Source: Blautia sp. (GTDB lineage: Bacteria; Bacillota; Clostridia; Lachnospirales; Lachnospiraceae). From it: a stretch of DNA of 64,000 nt. Positions 36,619 through 47,840 of the stretch are shown piece by piece. Both the position numbers and the translations under genes were made by a program. Below the pieces are notes generated by a model. It searched no databases. It saw nothing but the letters and a program-made list of their open reading frames with translations, and had not been told where the DNA came from. The first letter of the stretch is position 1; every line of letters starts with the position of its first letter. The DNA is taken from assembly GCA_017515325.1 (NCBI GenBank), contig JAFWGA010000036.1:20516-84515 (forward strand), in the 5' to 3' direction.

Positions 36619-37779
36619 TTACTCCGCTATGACGGTATCATCAACGTACCCATCTGCAGCGGCTGTATCATCAATAAATTCGGCCTCGGCTACAGCCGTA
36701 TCATCGACATAGTCTGCTTCACCGGAGCCTGTATCATCCACATAGCCTTCTTCACCGGAACCTGTATCATCGACATAGCCTCCCTCACCGCCGTCATCAA
36801 AGGCGATCGTCACCGCAGGAGGATCTGCGGCAAGCCCGTTCTCATCGGTCCAGCTTCCGTCCGGCTGCTCATAGATCATGACATTCTCACCGTTGACGGA
36901 GATAATCTCGCTGTGAGAATTGTAGAGGGTATTTCCCTTGGCGTCCGACCAGGTTCCGTTGTCGTTGTTGAAAAAGGGAAGACCGGTATCATCGGTCCAG
37001 ATTCCGTTGGCATTCTGGTAGATGGTGACTGTGCCGGCGCCCCCGCCAAGATTAAGGGTAAAGGAGGGCAGGCCTTCAGTGGATATCTTAGGCTGAGAAT
37101 CCTGGCTGCCGCTATCATTTTCTGTGCCGGCAGGAGGCTCAGGAACCAGGAAAGCAGAAGAAGTGTAGGCTACTCCTTCATTATATTCAATCTGGTACCA
37201 GCCGAAATCGGCTCCGTCCTTCGTGACGGCACTTACGACATAGACGCTGTCACCGTAGGAGAGGGTGCCAAGCTCTCTGTCGTCTGTGGAACAGCCGGTA
37301 CGGACAACGAGAAGATCAGCATCCACATAGTAGGTCGAACCGACGGGCCTGAGGCCAATGGAATCCATGGAGGATGCGGAGGAGGTACTCAGCGCGGTCA
37401 GGGTATTATACTGCAGGATACGGACAGAGCCAATGGCGGTCATGATCTTTTGCATATCCTCGACGCGGGCGGCTTCCCCCTTGATGATGAAAACCTCATT
37501 TCGCGTGGACAGAAAAGCATGAAATACACCGTTGTAGGATGAATTGGCTACCTCTACAGAGGGAAGGGATGCTCCATTACTGCAATGGGCGATGGAAATA
37601 ATATTGGCGCCGTCAGTCAGGGAGATCCAATAATTGGGATCTGTGATCTGTCTCCAACTGCTGTCCGGTGTCTCAATGGACAGAATACCGTCAGCTGTCG
37701 TAATGGTCTCAGCACAGACCGGAAGCGCAAAAAATGCTGCTCCGATAGCCAGAGAAAGTAACGCATGTCTGATCTTCAT
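36619..37779 (-). CDS. Secreted protein with SH3b-like domain and acidic C-terminal repeats
   Basis: Signal peptide; LVVRTGCSTDDRELGTLSYGDSV...GWYQIEYNEGVAYTSSAFL; YVDDTGSGEE repeats. Confidence 0.75.
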   Translation of the reverse strand: MKIRHALLSLAIGAAFFALPVCAETITTADGILSIETPDSSWRQITDPNYWISLTDGANIISIAHCSNGASLPSVEVANSSYNGVFHAFLSTRNEVFIIKGEAARVEDMQKIMTAIGSVRILQYNTLTALSTSSASSMDSIGLRPVGSTYYVDADLLVVRTGCSTDDRELGTLSYGDSVYVVSAVTKDGADFGWYQIEYNEGVAYTSSAFLVPEPPAGTENDSGSQDSQPKISTEGLPSFTLNLGGGAGTVTIYQNANGIWTDDTGLPFFNNDNGTWSDAKGNTLYNSHSEIISVNGENVMIYEQPDGSWTDENGLAADPPAVTIAFDDGGEGGYVDDTGSGEEGYVDDTGSGEADYVDDTAVAEAEFIDDTAAADGYVDDTVIAE

Positions 37780-38064
37780 AAACTCCTCCTTTTAATTGGT
37801 AATATTGATTCTCCCAGAGCCTTTCTATACTTTGTATTATACGCATGACAGAGGAAAAAATCAATGAAGAGCTGACGAGGGAAAAGAAGAACTGTTGTCG
37901 TAGCCTATCCCCCTTGCATTGCGCAGATAAATATACTATAATTCGTAACTATTCAGTCGGCGCCTCGCACTACATTGCCGGGCCTGTGTGACAAATGAAT
38001 CCTGGTGACGATGCAGCACTTTTCGCTTTGTCGTTACGAACCATTTAATGAGGAAGGAAGAATC

Positions 38065-39591
38065 ATGACTGTAATGGAGGAAGGGGCAAATAACCCAGAA
38101 GAAATCAGATATATCAGTACCCGTGGAGGGGAAGCGCCGGTCACGGCATCCATGGCGATTCTGAAGGGGTTGTCGGATCAGGGCGGCCTGTATGTGCCGG
38201 AGAGCTTTCCCCATCTGGATGTGCCGCTTGAAAGGCTGGCGCAGATGACCTATAAAGAACTGGCCTTTGTGGTGATGCGGCTCTTCCTGGGGGATTTTAC
38301 CGATGAAGAGCTGAAGACCTGTATCGACAGAGCCTACGATAAAAAGTTTGATACGCCCAATATAGCAGAGATGAAACAGGCAGACGGAGCCTGGTATCTG
38401 GAGCTGTTTCACGGGGCAACCATAGCCTTTAAGGATATGGCTCTATCCGTTCTCCCTCACCTGATGACCACAGCAGCCCGCAAAAATCAGGTCGATAAGG
38501 AGATTGTGATCCTGACGGCAACCTCCGGAGATACCGGCAAGGCTGCCCTGGCGGGTTTCGCCAATGTTCCGGGGACCCGGATCGTTGTCTTCTACCCCAA
38601 AAACGGAGTCAGCCCCATTCAGGAGAAGCAGATGGTCACGCAACAGGGGGAAAATACCTGTGTTATCGGGATCCGGGGGAATTTTGACGATGCCCAGACA
38701 GCCGTCAAAAGGATGTTCGGAGATTCCGGGCTGGCCGAGACCATAGGAAACAAGGGCTTTTGCTTTTCCTCGGCGAACTCGATCAATATCGGCCGCCTGA
38801 TCCCCCAGGTCGTATACTATGTCTATGCCTATGCGTGTCTGCTGGCAAAAGGGCAGATCCGGGTGGGAGAGGAGATCAATTTCGCTGTGCCCACCGGCAA
38901 CTTCGGGAACATCCTGGCTGCCTACTATGCCAAACGGATCGGCCTGCCGGTGAAAAAGCTGATCTGTGCTTCCAATGAGAACAAGGTTCTCTTCGATTTC
39001 TTCCGGACCGGTATCTATGATCGCCGCAGGGATTTTATCCTGACCAGTTCTCCCTCCATGGATATTCTGATCTCCAGCAATCTGGAGCGTCTGATCTACT
39101 TTGCCGCCGGAAATGACCCTAAAGTCTGCGCCGACCTGATGCGTTCCCTCTCGGAACAGGGAGTCTACGAGATCACATCCGAGATGAGACAGCGGACAGA
39201 AGGCTTTTATGGGAATTATCTTTCGGAGGAGGAAACCTTCCGGACCATCGGCAGAGTATACCACAATGCGTCCTACGTGATTGATACCCATACAGCGGTA
39301 GGGGCGGGAGTCTACGAAAAATATAAGGAAGAGACAAAGGATGAAACGACCACGGTTATCGCCTCCACGGCCAGCCCTTATAAGTTTACCCGCTCTGTCA
39401 TGAAGGCCTTGGGTGAGGAAACCGGGGATGAGGATGATTTTGCCCTGGCGGACCGCCTGGAGAAGATTTCCGGCGTGAAGATCCCTGCGGCAGTCGACAG
39501 TATCCGTACCGCTCCGGTTCTGCATAAACAGGTGGTGGACATTGACGACATGCCCGGGGCGGTTCTGGCTTTTTTGGGTATAACGGCATGA
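38065..39591 (+). CDS. thrC: Threonine synthase
   Basis: YISTRG, ELFHGATIAFKD, ATSGDTG, SANSINIGRL, VPTGNFGN. Confidence 0.95.
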   Translation: MTVMEEGANNPEEIRYISTRGGEAPVTASMAILKGLSDQGGLYVPESFPHLDVPLERLAQMTYKELAFVVMRLFLGDFTDEELKTCIDRAYDKKFDTPNIAEMKQADGAWYLELFHGATIAFKDMALSVLPHLMTTAARKNQVDKEIVILTATSGDTGKAALAGFANVPGTRIVVFYPKNGVSPIQEKQMVTQQGENTCVIGIRGNFDDAQTAVKRMFGDSGLAETIGNKGFCFSSANSINIGRLIPQVVYYVYAYACLLAKGQIRVGEEINFAVPTGNFGNILAAYYAKRIGLPVKKLICASNENKVLFDFFRTGIYDRRRDFILTSSPSMDILISSNLERLIYFAAGNDPKVCADLMRSLSEQGVYEITSEMRQRTEGFYGNYLSEEETFRTIGRVYHNASYVIDTHTAVGAGVYEKYKEETKDETTTVIASTASPYKFTRSVMKALGEETGDEDDFALADRLEKISGVKIPAAVDSIRTAPVLHKQVVDIDDMPGAVLAFLGITA

Positions 39592-39610
39592 AGGAGGCGC
39601 AAGGCAAGGT

Positions 39611-41050
39611 ATGAGGCTGTCCTGGGATAAACTTCTGAGCGCGGACCGGGTAGGAAGCTACGGAAAGACAGAGGCCAGATCCGGCGATCTGCGCAGTGAG
39701 TTTGAGAAGGATTATCACCGGATCATCGGAAGCTCCACCTTTCGCCGTCTGCAGGACAAAACTCAGGTTTTCGCCCTGGATAAAAGCGATTTTATCCGCA
39801 CCCGCCTGACCCATTCGCTGGAGGTCTCCTCCTTTGCCAAGTCACTGGGACAGAATATTGCCGAGTATCTTCTGGCCAATCAGGTGGATGAGGGGTTTAC
39901 CCGGCAGACCAAGGCGGATATCTGTGATATTCTGATGTGTGCCGGTCTCATCCACGATATCGGCAATCCCCCCTTTGGCCATTTTGGTGAGGAGGCGATC
40001 CGGGACTGGTTCCGGCGTCGGCTTCGTCGGCTCAGCTTTAAGGGGAAGCCTCTGCCTCAGCTGCTGAACCGTCAGATGCTGCTGGATCTGCTTCAGTTTG
40101 AAGGAAATGCCCAGGCACTGCGTCAGGTGGCCAAGCTGCATTTCCTGGTCAATGAGAATGGGATGAACCTGACCTATGCCCTTCTGAACACCATCATCAA
40201 ATATCCCGTCTCTTCTGAGGGGATGAATCCTGAAAGCCCGAGGATCAGTGAGAAGAAGATGGGGTATTTTTATGCCGAACAGCCCTTGTATGAAAAAATT
40301 TCCTCCGCCTGTGGAACGCCTGGCCTTCGTCATCCCCTGACCTTCATTCTTGAAGCTGCCGATGATATTGCCTATCGTACCGCAGATATTGAGGATGCCT
40401 TCAAAAAGGGTTTTATAACCTTTGAAATCCTTCGCAGAGAGCTTCAGGCAGCTTGTGAGAAGGCAAGGGCTTCCCATATGAACGTGGATCTGTCGCGCCT
40501 TGACCCGGTGAGTATGTTGGACAGACAGTATGAAAACGGGTTGACAAGAGGAGTGGGAAACCCCGCCCTGTATGCGGTACAGAATACCATGGTCCGGCTG
40601 CACAGCGCCTTCATCTATTGTGCCACCTATGGCTTCACCTCTCATTATCGTCAGATCATGGATGGTGTCTGGCAGAAGGATCTTTTTGCCGGAACCTATG
40701 CGGAATGGGTCATCATCGCCTTAGGGGATATTGCCTTTCATTATGCCTTTTCCTCCAAACAGATCCTTCAGATGGAGGTCAGTGCCTTTACCATCCTGAA
40801 TTTTCTCCTGGATCATTTCGTTCCTGCCGTGATCAACTATGACACCGACGAGCGCCTGGGAATGATGGAAGGCAAAATGGTAGCCCTGATATCGGAAAAT
40901 TACAGGCAGATTTACCAGATGTACAGCCGGCACGCCGTCTCCGCGACGGAAAAGCTGTACCTGAGACTACTTTTGGTGACGGATTTTGTGAGCGGCATGA
41001 CAGATAGCTACGCAAAGGACCTCTATCAGAAGCTGAATGGGATTACGTAA
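39611..41050 (+). CDS. dgt: dGTP triphosphohydrolase (HD domain)
   Basis: FRRLQDKTQVF, RTRLTHSLEV, HDIGNPPFGH, EAADDIAY, GMTDSYA. Confidence 0.92.
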   Translation: MRLSWDKLLSADRVGSYGKTEARSGDLRSEFEKDYHRIIGSSTFRRLQDKTQVFALDKSDFIRTRLTHSLEVSSFAKSLGQNIAEYLLANQVDEGFTRQTKADICDILMCAGLIHDIGNPPFGHFGEEAIRDWFRRRLRRLSFKGKPLPQLLNRQMLLDLLQFEGNAQALRQVAKLHFLVNENGMNLTYALLNTIIKYPVSSEGMNPESPRISEKKMGYFYAEQPLYEKISSACGTPGLRHPLTFILEAADDIAYRTADIEDAFKKGFITFEILRRELQAACEKARASHMNVDLSRLDPVSMLDRQYENGLTRGVGNPALYAVQNTMVRLHSAFIYCATYGFTSHYRQIMDGVWQKDLFAGTYAEWVIIALGDIAFHYAFSSKQILQMEVSAFTILNFLLDHFVPAVINYDTDERLGMMEGKMVALISENYRQIYQMYSRHAVSATEKLYLRLLLVTDFVSGMTDSYAKDLYQKLNGIT

Positions 41051-41153
41051 CTTTGATCCAAAGCCTTGACAGAGAATCGGGAAGATGGCATAATATAGCG
41101 TGTAAAAAAGTGAAGACGATTTGTTCGATTAAAAGAAAAGAGGTACATGTTAG

Positions 41154-42767
41154 ATGGCAGCTATTGATCTAACCAGATATGGCATTACGGGAACCACAGA
41201 AATCGTTTATAATCCTTCCTATGAGTTTTTGTATGAAGAGGAGAATAAGCCCGGCCTGGAAGGCTTTGAGAAAGGCCAGGTTAGCGAACTGGGTGCCGTC
41301 AATGTCATGACAGGCATTTACACCGGTCGTTCCCCCAAAGACAAATATATCGTTTTCGATGAGAATTCCAAGGATACCGTTTGGTGGACGACTCCCGAGT
41401 ATAAGAATGACAATCATCCCATGTCTGAGGATGTGTGGAAAAAGATCAAGGAAATCTCCCTCAAGGAGCTGAGCAACAAGAGGCTCTTTGTCGTCGATGC
41501 CTTCTGCGGAGCCAACAAGGACACCCGTATGGCGGTTCGTTTTATCATGGAAGTGGCATGGCAGGCTCATTTCATTGAGAACATGTTCATTATGCCCACA
41601 GAGGAAGAGAAGGCGAGCTTTGAGCCGGATTTCGTAGTCTACAACGCTTCCAAGGCAAAGGTAGAGAACTATAAGGAACTCGGCCTGAATTCCGAGACCT
41701 GTGTCGCCTTCAATATCTCCAGCCGTGAGCAGTGCATCATCAATACCTGGTATGGCGGCGAGATGAAGAAGGGTATGTTCTCCATGATGAACTATTATCT
41801 GCCCTTAAAGGGAATTGCCGCTATGCATTGCTCTGCCAATACAGATATGGAGGGCAAGAACACCGCTATCTTCTTCGGTCTTTCCGGAACAGGCAAGACC
41901 ACCCTTTCCACTGATCCCAAGCGCCTTCTGATCGGCGATGACGAGCATGGCTGGGACGACAACGGTGTCTTCAACTTCGAGGGCGGCTGCTATGCAAAGG
42001 TAATCAACCTGGATGCAGAGTCCGAACCGGATATTTATAACGCCATCAAGAAGAATGCTCTTCTGGAAAATGTTACCCTTGATTCTGCCGGCAAGATTGA
42101 CTTTGCAGACAAGTCTGTCACCGAGAATACCCGTGTTTCCTACCCGATCGACCATATCGACAAGATCGTGAAGAAGGTCAGCCCAATCTCTGCAGGCCCG
42201 GATGCCCAGAATGTCATCTTCCTTTCCGCAGATGCTTTCGGCGTGCTTCCTCCTGTTTCCATCCTGACACCGGAGCAGACCCAGTATTACTTCCTGTCCG
42301 GCTTCACGGCTAAGCTCGCCGGTACAGAGCGCGGCATTACCGAGCCCACACCTACCTTCTCCGCCTGCTTCGGCCAGGCCTTCCTTGAGCTTCATCCGAC
42401 GAAATACGCCGAGGAGCTGGTAAAGAAGATGCAGAAGGTTGGCGCCAAGGCATACCTGGTCAATACCGGATGGAACGGCACGGGCAAACGTATCTCCATC
42501 AAGGATACCCGCGGCATTATTGATGCTATCCTCAACGGGGATGTAGCCAAGGTTCAGACCAAGAAGCTTCCTATCTTTGATTTCGAGATCCCGACCGAGC
42601 TTCCGGGTGTTGACACCGGCATCCTTGATCCTCGCGATACCTATGCCAACCCCGAAGAGTGGGAGACCAAGGCTAAGGATCTGGCTCAGCGCTTCATCAA
42701 CAACTTTAAGAAGTACGAAGGCAATGCCGCTGGCAAGGCTCTCGTAGCTGCCGGCCCCAAGCTTTGA
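41154..42767 (+). CDS. pckA: PEP carboxykinase (ATP)
   Basis: [25 protein letters not shown]. Confidence 0.97.
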   Translation: MAAIDLTRYGITGTTEIVYNPSYEFLYEEENKPGLEGFEKGQVSELGAVNVMTGIYTGRSPKDKYIVFDENSKDTVWWTTPEYKNDNHPMSEDVWKKIKEISLKELSNKRLFVVDAFCGANKDTRMAVRFIMEVAWQAHFIENMFIMPTEEEKASFEPDFVVYNASKAKVENYKELGLNSETCVAFNISSREQCIINTWYGGEMKKGMFSMMNYYLPLKGIAAMHCSANTDMEGKNTAIFFGLSGTGKTTLSTDPKRLLIGDDEHGWDDNGVFNFEGGCYAKVINLDAESEPDIYNAIKKNALLENVTLDSAGKIDFADKSVTENTRVSYPIDHIDKIVKKVSPISAGPDAQNVIFLSADAFGVLPPVSILTPEQTQYYFLSGFTAKLAGTERGITEPTPTFSACFGQAFLELHPTKYAEELVKKMQKVGAKAYLVNTGWNGTGKRISIKDTRGIIDAILNGDVAKVQTKKLPIFDFEIPTELPGVDTGILDPRDTYANPEEWETKAKDLAQRFINNFKKYEGNAAGKALVAAGPKL

Positions 42768-42819
42768 TTTTGATGCCAGAGCACTGATTGCCAAGGATTC
42801 GTACTGACACGATGAAATG

Positions 42820-42866
42820 AAAAAAAGGACTGCCTGAATGGATTCATTCAGGCAGTCCCTTTTTTT
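42820..42866. terminator. Bidirectional terminator after pckA
   Basis: A-run GGACTGCCTGAATG / CATTCAGGCAGTCC T-run. Confidence 0.8.
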
Positions 42867-42973
42867 CACACCGAGTCATGCAATGGATTTATCGCCGGAA
42901 AGCTACGTGCGGCTTTGCTTCCTTATGCCCTGCAAGGAGGATGTCAGTTGAGGGTGACTGGCAGCCCGGTTTC

Positions 42974-43582
42974 TTACATCAGGAGAGAGAATTGAGTCAC
43001 TGTCCGTGTCAGTTCGCTCATCACGGCGCTGATGCTTTCCTCTGAATTTCTCCAGTTATCCCGTGTGATCCCATCGGGAAAGGCAGGAATCACAGATAGC
43101 TCTGCCTCCGGGAAGGCTCTTTGGTAGTAGAGCAGGCAGCGGCGGGCATGATAAGCCTTGCAGCAGATCAGGGCCCGGCGGATCGAAAGACCGGCAGCAT
43201 CTGTCGCCTGCCGGGAAAAGAGCGCATTTTGCCAGGTATAGGTGGCCTGGTCTTCTCTTAGGATCCGTTCCTTTGGTACGCCCCTTTGGATCAGTACATC
43301 CGAAAGGAACTCCCATTCCGTCCGATAGGGGCCAGGGTACTTGTCAGCGGCTTCAGGAACAGCCCCTTCAAACACTCCCTTTGCGATCGTGTATTTTCCG
43401 CTGGGAATAATATAGGGAGCCCATCCTCCCAGAAAGAGCTCAGCAGCTCTTTCCGCCATATGAGGAAATCTGTTCCCAGGCACAAAAATGATATCAGCCT
43501 CTACCACTTCATCCTCAACAAAAATCATATCGGTCAGCTGAGAAAAAAACAAATCCTCTTTCTTCTTACCTGTGCTCATCAT
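42974..43582 (-). CDS. YdcF/DUF218 family protein
   Basis: ADIIFVPG, ILREDQATYTWQNA, KAYHARR. Confidence 0.8.
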   Translation of the reverse strand: MMSTGKKKEDLFFSQLTDMIFVEDEVVEADIIFVPGNRFPHMAERAAELFLGGWAPYIIPSGKYTIAKGVFEGAVPEAADKYPGPYRTEWEFLSDVLIQRGVPKERILREDQATYTWQNALFSRQATDAAGLSIRRALICCKAYHARRCLLYYQRAFPEAELSVIPAFPDGITRDNWRNSEESISAVMSELTRTVTQFSLLM

Positions 43583-43788
43583 GCTCACTCCTCCCAAACG
43601 CAGTTTTGCTGCTTGGCCTGATGCCCTCGGATGCCGGTTTTCTTGCTTCGGCAGACAATAAGATTCACTGGTGTACTTGAAAAATATCTCCGGAACAGAT
43701 AGAATACCATCTGTTGAAAAAAAATACAATCGTGTGTCACTGAGAATCATCCCCTCTGGCACACCTGCCAAGCAAGGAGAATGATTCC

Positions 43789-45078
43789 GTGACTTTTGAT
43801 ACAATTCTGCAGATCATAATGGTAGTGGCTATGGTTGCTCTTTCCGGGTTTTTTTCATCGGCCGAAACAGCCCTGACGACAGTAAACCGGATTCGCGTTC
43901 AGGCCAGGGCGGAGGAAGGGGAGGCTAAGGCAAAGATCCTGCTGAAGGTCCTGGATTCGCCGTCAAAGATGCTCAGTACCATCCTCATAGGCAATAATAT
44001 TGTCAATATGGCAGCCTCCTCCCTGATGACAACCCTGACCATAAAGCTGTTTGGCAGCGTTTTTGTCGGACTGACGACAGGAATGCTGACTTTGTCTATC
44101 CTTCTTTTCGGAGAGATTACCCCCAAGACACTCGCTTCCCTGGAGGCAGAGAAGATCGCCTTATCCTATGCTGCCTCCATCCACGCCCTAACAGTTGTGA
44201 TGTCACCCCTTGTCTGGCTGGTAGGGATCCTGGGCAATACGATCCTTAGGATGATGCATGTTGATCCGGATCATCATTCCTCCCCGGTGACGGAGAGGGA
44301 GATCCGGACCCTGGTGGCAGCGGGAGAAGAGGACGGCGCACTGGAGAATGAGGAAAGGCTGATGATCGACAATGTCTTTGACTTTGGCGATTCCTATGCC
44401 AAGGATGTCATGGTTCCCCGCATTGATATGACCATGGTTGATGTCCACGCTACCCTGGATGAGCTGATGGAAATATTCCGCCAGGATATGCATACCCGTT
44501 TTCCTGTCTATGAAAATGATACTGACAATGTTATCGGTGTGATTAATATCAAAGACATCATTCTCTTGTCCCGCGACCAGCCCTTCTCCATAAGAGATAT
44601 ATTAAGAGATGCCTATTTTACCTATGAATTTAAGCGTACAGCGGATCTTCTCATTGATATGAGGAGATCTCAGACCAATATTGCCATAGTTCTGGACGAA
44701 TACGGTTCCACCTCGGGGTTGGTCACTCTGGAGAATCTCTTGGAGGAGATTGTTGGTGAAATCAGAGATGAATATGATCAGGATGAGAAGGAAGATATCG
44801 TGGAAATCTTACCGGGACGGGAATATAAAGCTCTTGGTGCGGCGAGAATTTCGGATATCAATGAGACCCTTTCACTGTCTTTGTATTCCGAGGACAATGA
44901 ATCCATAGCCGGTTATATCATAGAAAAACTGGATCGTCTTCCTCCGCAGGTAGGTGACAGTGTTATTCCGGCAGCAGGGGTACGCCTTGTGGTAGATGAA
45001 ACAGAAAAGAACCGGATTGAAGCAGTTCATATCTGGCTTGATGAACCTGATCGTAATCTTGAGGAAACGAAATCGTAA
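43789..45078 (+). CDS. HlyC/CorC (CNNM-CBS) family transporter
   Basis: FFSSAETAL, FGEITPK, MVPR, VLDEYG, LEEIVGEI. Confidence 0.92.
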   Translation: MTFDTILQIIMVVAMVALSGFFSSAETALTTVNRIRVQARAEEGEAKAKILLKVLDSPSKMLSTILIGNNIVNMAASSLMTTLTIKLFGSVFVGLTTGMLTLSILLFGEITPKTLASLEAEKIALSYAASIHALTVVMSPLVWLVGILGNTILRMMHVDPDHHSSPVTEREIRTLVAAGEEDGALENEERLMIDNVFDFGDSYAKDVMVPRIDMTMVDVHATLDELMEIFRQDMHTRFPVYENDTDNVIGVINIKDIILLSRDQPFSIRDILRDAYFTYEFKRTADLLIDMRRSQTNIAIVLDEYGSTSGLVTLENLLEEIVGEIRDEYDQDEKEDIVEILPGREYKALGAARISDINETLSLSLYSEDNESIAGYIIEKLDRLPPQVGDSVIPAAGVRLVVDETEKNRIEAVHIWLDEPDRNLEETKS

Positions 45079-45154
45079 TCATTTCCAAAAAAAACGGAAA
45101 AGTGATTAAAAATCTGTTGAAAAAGGTAAAAGCTGCGTGTATAATAAATTTAGC

Positions 45155-45333
45155 TTTTTCCTGGGATGTTCGACGACCCTTTTGTTTTTGAACCTACATT
45201 GACATCAAGGGAATCCAAGATCGCAGTTTGGATGTCAGACCTCTCGTCGTGGTAGACAGAAGAAATGTTGAGGATACCCACCTAGCGATCCTGCTAGGAG
45301 TCAAAAAAAAGGGAACGGCATTCTGGGAGTAGA
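45155..45333 (+). ncRNA. ssrS: 6S RNA
   Basis: Own promoter (TTGAAA..TATAAT at 45140). The 5' CCTGGGATGTTCG pairs with 3' CGGCATTCTGGG, with TTGAACC, AGGGAATCC and ACCCACCT blocks; a terminator follows. Confidence 0.75.
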
Positions 45334-45339
45334 TTATTC

Positions 45340-45368
45340 AAGAGTTCCCCGTAAGGGGAACTCTTTTT
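45340..45368 (+). terminator. Terminator of the 6S RNA
   Basis: AAGAGTTCCCC GTAA GGGGAACTCTT TTT. Confidence 0.8.
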
Positions 45369-45465
45369 GTTACTGTTTAGTCAGCACCTCGCACTGTGCT
45401 GTGGGTATGACGATACCAGCATCCATAATGAAATGGAAAATCACATTTGAGAAAGGAAGTCATTT

Positions 45466-46521
45466 ATGTCTGTATCATGCACGGAATTTGGACAGATTCC
45501 TGGAGTGGGAACTGTTCATTTGTATCACATTGAAAATACATCCGGCGCTTTTGCTGAGGTCACGGAATATGGTGCCATTCTGGTACGTCTTGTGGTTCCC
45601 GACAGCCAGGGAAAGCTGACTGATGTGGTGCTCGGCTATGAGGATCCCGGTCAGTATGCGGTAAACGCCTGCTTTTTTGGTTCAACCATCGGCCGTAATG
45701 GGAACCGTATTGCCGGTGCGCAATTCTCCCTTGACCAGGAGACCTTCACCCTGGCTCAGAACGAATTTGAAAACAACCTGCATAGTGGACCGAATGGGTT
45801 CGAGAAAAAGCTTTGGGAGGCAGAGATTGTCTCAGAGACTGCTGTCCGCTTCAGCCGTGTCAGCCCGGATTTGGAAAACGGCTTCCCTGGCCGCTTTGAC
45901 ATATCCGTAACCTATGAATTTACGGAGGAGGCTCAGTTGAAGCTCACCTACGAGGGCTGCTCAGACAAGACCACTGTAGCGAACATGACCAACCATTCTT
46001 ACTTTAATTTAAGCGGAGAAGGAAGTGGTGATATCCTTGATCAGGAGCTCATGCTCTATGCTTCTTTCTTCACACCGGTACATGACACCAAGTCTATCCC
46101 TACCGGGGAACTGCGCCCCGTAAAGGGAACGGTTATGGATTTTACCGTTCCCAAGGCGATCGGTCTGCAGATTGACGAAGCAGACGAACAGTTGGCCTAT
46201 ACCGGTGGCTATGATCACAATTTTGTCTGCGACAAATATCAGAAGGGGGAAGTCACTCCGGTGGCCGTTGCTGTCTCAAAGAAGACAGGGATTCGTATGA
46301 GTGTGTTCTCTGACTGTCCCTGTGTTCAGTTTTACGCGGGTAACTTTATCAAAGAGGAGCAGGGGAAAAATGGCCATATCTACAGGAAACGGAATGGTTT
46401 CTGTCTGGAGACTCAGGTAGAACCGAACGCGATCAATATGCCTGAATTCCATTCACCGGTTCTGAAAGCAGGAGAGAAATATTTATCAAGAACTATCTAT
46501 CAGTTTGATACAGTCGGGTGA
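45466..46521 (+). CDS. galM: Aldose 1-epimerase
   Basis: GRNGNRI, NNLHSG, NMTNHSYFNL, GYDHNF, CLETQ. Confidence 0.95.
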   Translation: MSVSCTEFGQIPGVGTVHLYHIENTSGAFAEVTEYGAILVRLVVPDSQGKLTDVVLGYEDPGQYAVNACFFGSTIGRNGNRIAGAQFSLDQETFTLAQNEFENNLHSGPNGFEKKLWEAEIVSETAVRFSRVSPDLENGFPGRFDISVTYEFTEEAQLKLTYEGCSDKTTVANMTNHSYFNLSGEGSGDILDQELMLYASFFTPVHDTKSIPTGELRPVKGTVMDFTVPKAIGLQIDEADEQLAYTGGYDHNFVCDKYQKGEVTPVAVAVSKKTGIRMSVFSDCPCVQFYAGNFIKEEQGKNGHIYRKRNGFCLETQVEPNAINMPEFHSPVLKAGEKYLSRTIYQFDTVG

Positions 46522-46644
46522 GGACCGTTTGAAGACTTCGTGTGACGACTCGGGTCAGCAGCCGGCACTGGCTGCGCACTGCCCTTAACAGCAGTAAGGA
46601 CGAAGAGCAGTCGTCACAGATCTCATTACAGTATGTTTTGAATC

Positions 46645-47673
46645 ATGTTAAAGAATAAGATATTAAAACAAAGGCAGAAGGAGACTGATTCCCTTCCCGG
46701 CAGTACAGCAACCGAAGCAGCAAAACCGTCATCCCGGGATATTGAGTCAAAGCATGAAACTGCAATACAGGAAAAGGAAGGCAAAGACGACAGAGTAAAG
46801 AAGAAAAAAAGGGAGAAGGGGGCCGTGGTAAAGGAAAGCGCCTTCAGTTTCCTTCGGCGTATCCAGGATGATCATCTCACGGCATATGCTGCGGAGGCTG
46901 CTTATTTTTTCATTCTTTCCTTCTTCCCCTTTCTGATATTTCTGACTACCCTGATTCGGTATACGGATCTTACCTATAATATGTTGAGTTCAACGATCCG
47001 CAGTATCATCCCGCCGGATTTTCAGGGGTTTGTCATGGAACTGGTATCCGAGATTTATAATCGCAATTCTGTGGTTTTGCCTATCTCGGCCGTGTTTGTC
47101 CTTTGGTCTGCCGGGAAGGCCATTCAGTCTCTGATAAATGGTCTGAATACCATTTATCATGTAAAGGAAACCAGAAACTGGCTGATCAATAGGATTAATG
47201 CCGTTTTTTATACCATGATCTTTTCGGTCGCCATCACCAGCAGTCTGGTTCTGCTGGTTCTGGGCAACCGGATTAAGGACAGTATCAGCCGTTACCTGCC
47301 TCCCTGGGCTTACCGGATCTGGCATGTGCTGGGAGGGCGGTCCATCGTTGTCGGTATCGTCCTTTTTTTCCTTTTTGTATTCCTCTATCATGCTTTGCCC
47401 AACAGACCTGCAACCTTCACAAGCCAAATGCCTGGAGCAGCCATCATCGCAGTTTCCTGGTCGGTGTTTTCCTTTGTTTTTTCTATGTATTTTACCTTCT
47501 TCCCCTCTCTTTTGAATATGTACGGGAGTCTGACTGCTTTGATCCTTTTGATGCTGTGGTTATATTTTCTGATGAATTTTGTTTTGATCGGAGCGGCAAT
47601 TAATGCCCACTTTGAAGCGCAGTTCAGAGTGGCTCATGAGACCATACGGGAAAGAATAGGGAGAAATCATTAA
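46645..47673 (+). CDS. YihY/BrkB family membrane protein
   Basis: AYFFILSFFP, YGSLTALILLMLWLY, GAAIN. Confidence 0.88.
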   Translation: MLKNKILKQRQKETDSLPGSTATEAAKPSSRDIESKHETAIQEKEGKDDRVKKKKREKGAVVKESAFSFLRRIQDDHLTAYAAEAAYFFILSFFPFLIFLTTLIRYTDLTYNMLSSTIRSIIPPDFQGFVMELVSEIYNRNSVVLPISAVFVLWSAGKAIQSLINGLNTIYHVKETRNWLINRINAVFYTMIFSVAITSSLVLLVLGNRIKDSISRYLPPWAYRIWHVLGGRSIVVGIVLFFLFVFLYHALPNRPATFTSQMPGAAIIAVSWSVFSFVFSMYFTFFPSLLNMYGSLTALILLMLWLYFLMNFVLIGAAINAHFEAQFRVAHETIRERIGRNH

Positions 47674-47676
47674 AGG

Positions 47677-47717
47677 AAAAAGGGATGTGAACACAGTCAT
47701 GTTCACATCCCTTTTTT
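47677..47717. terminator. Terminator hairpin
   Basis: AAAAAGGGATGTGAACA / TGTTCACATCCCTTTTT. Confidence 0.75.
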
Positions 47718-47840
47718 CTGTCATCCTATTTCCTGTAAAACCAGGAATATCCCTAAGATATCTGACAAAAAAAGACAAAAATAGTCATAGACAAAAATAT
47801 CGGATATATGTTATCATAATTCTGTCGACGTGATCGCGCG

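Noticed and set aside
39611-41050. Anti-phage dGTPase or a nucleotide-defence island (with rdgB, glycosylase, nrdDG)
   Set aside because: The genes are scattered among housekeeping loci; dgt sits between thrC and pckA with no defence context.
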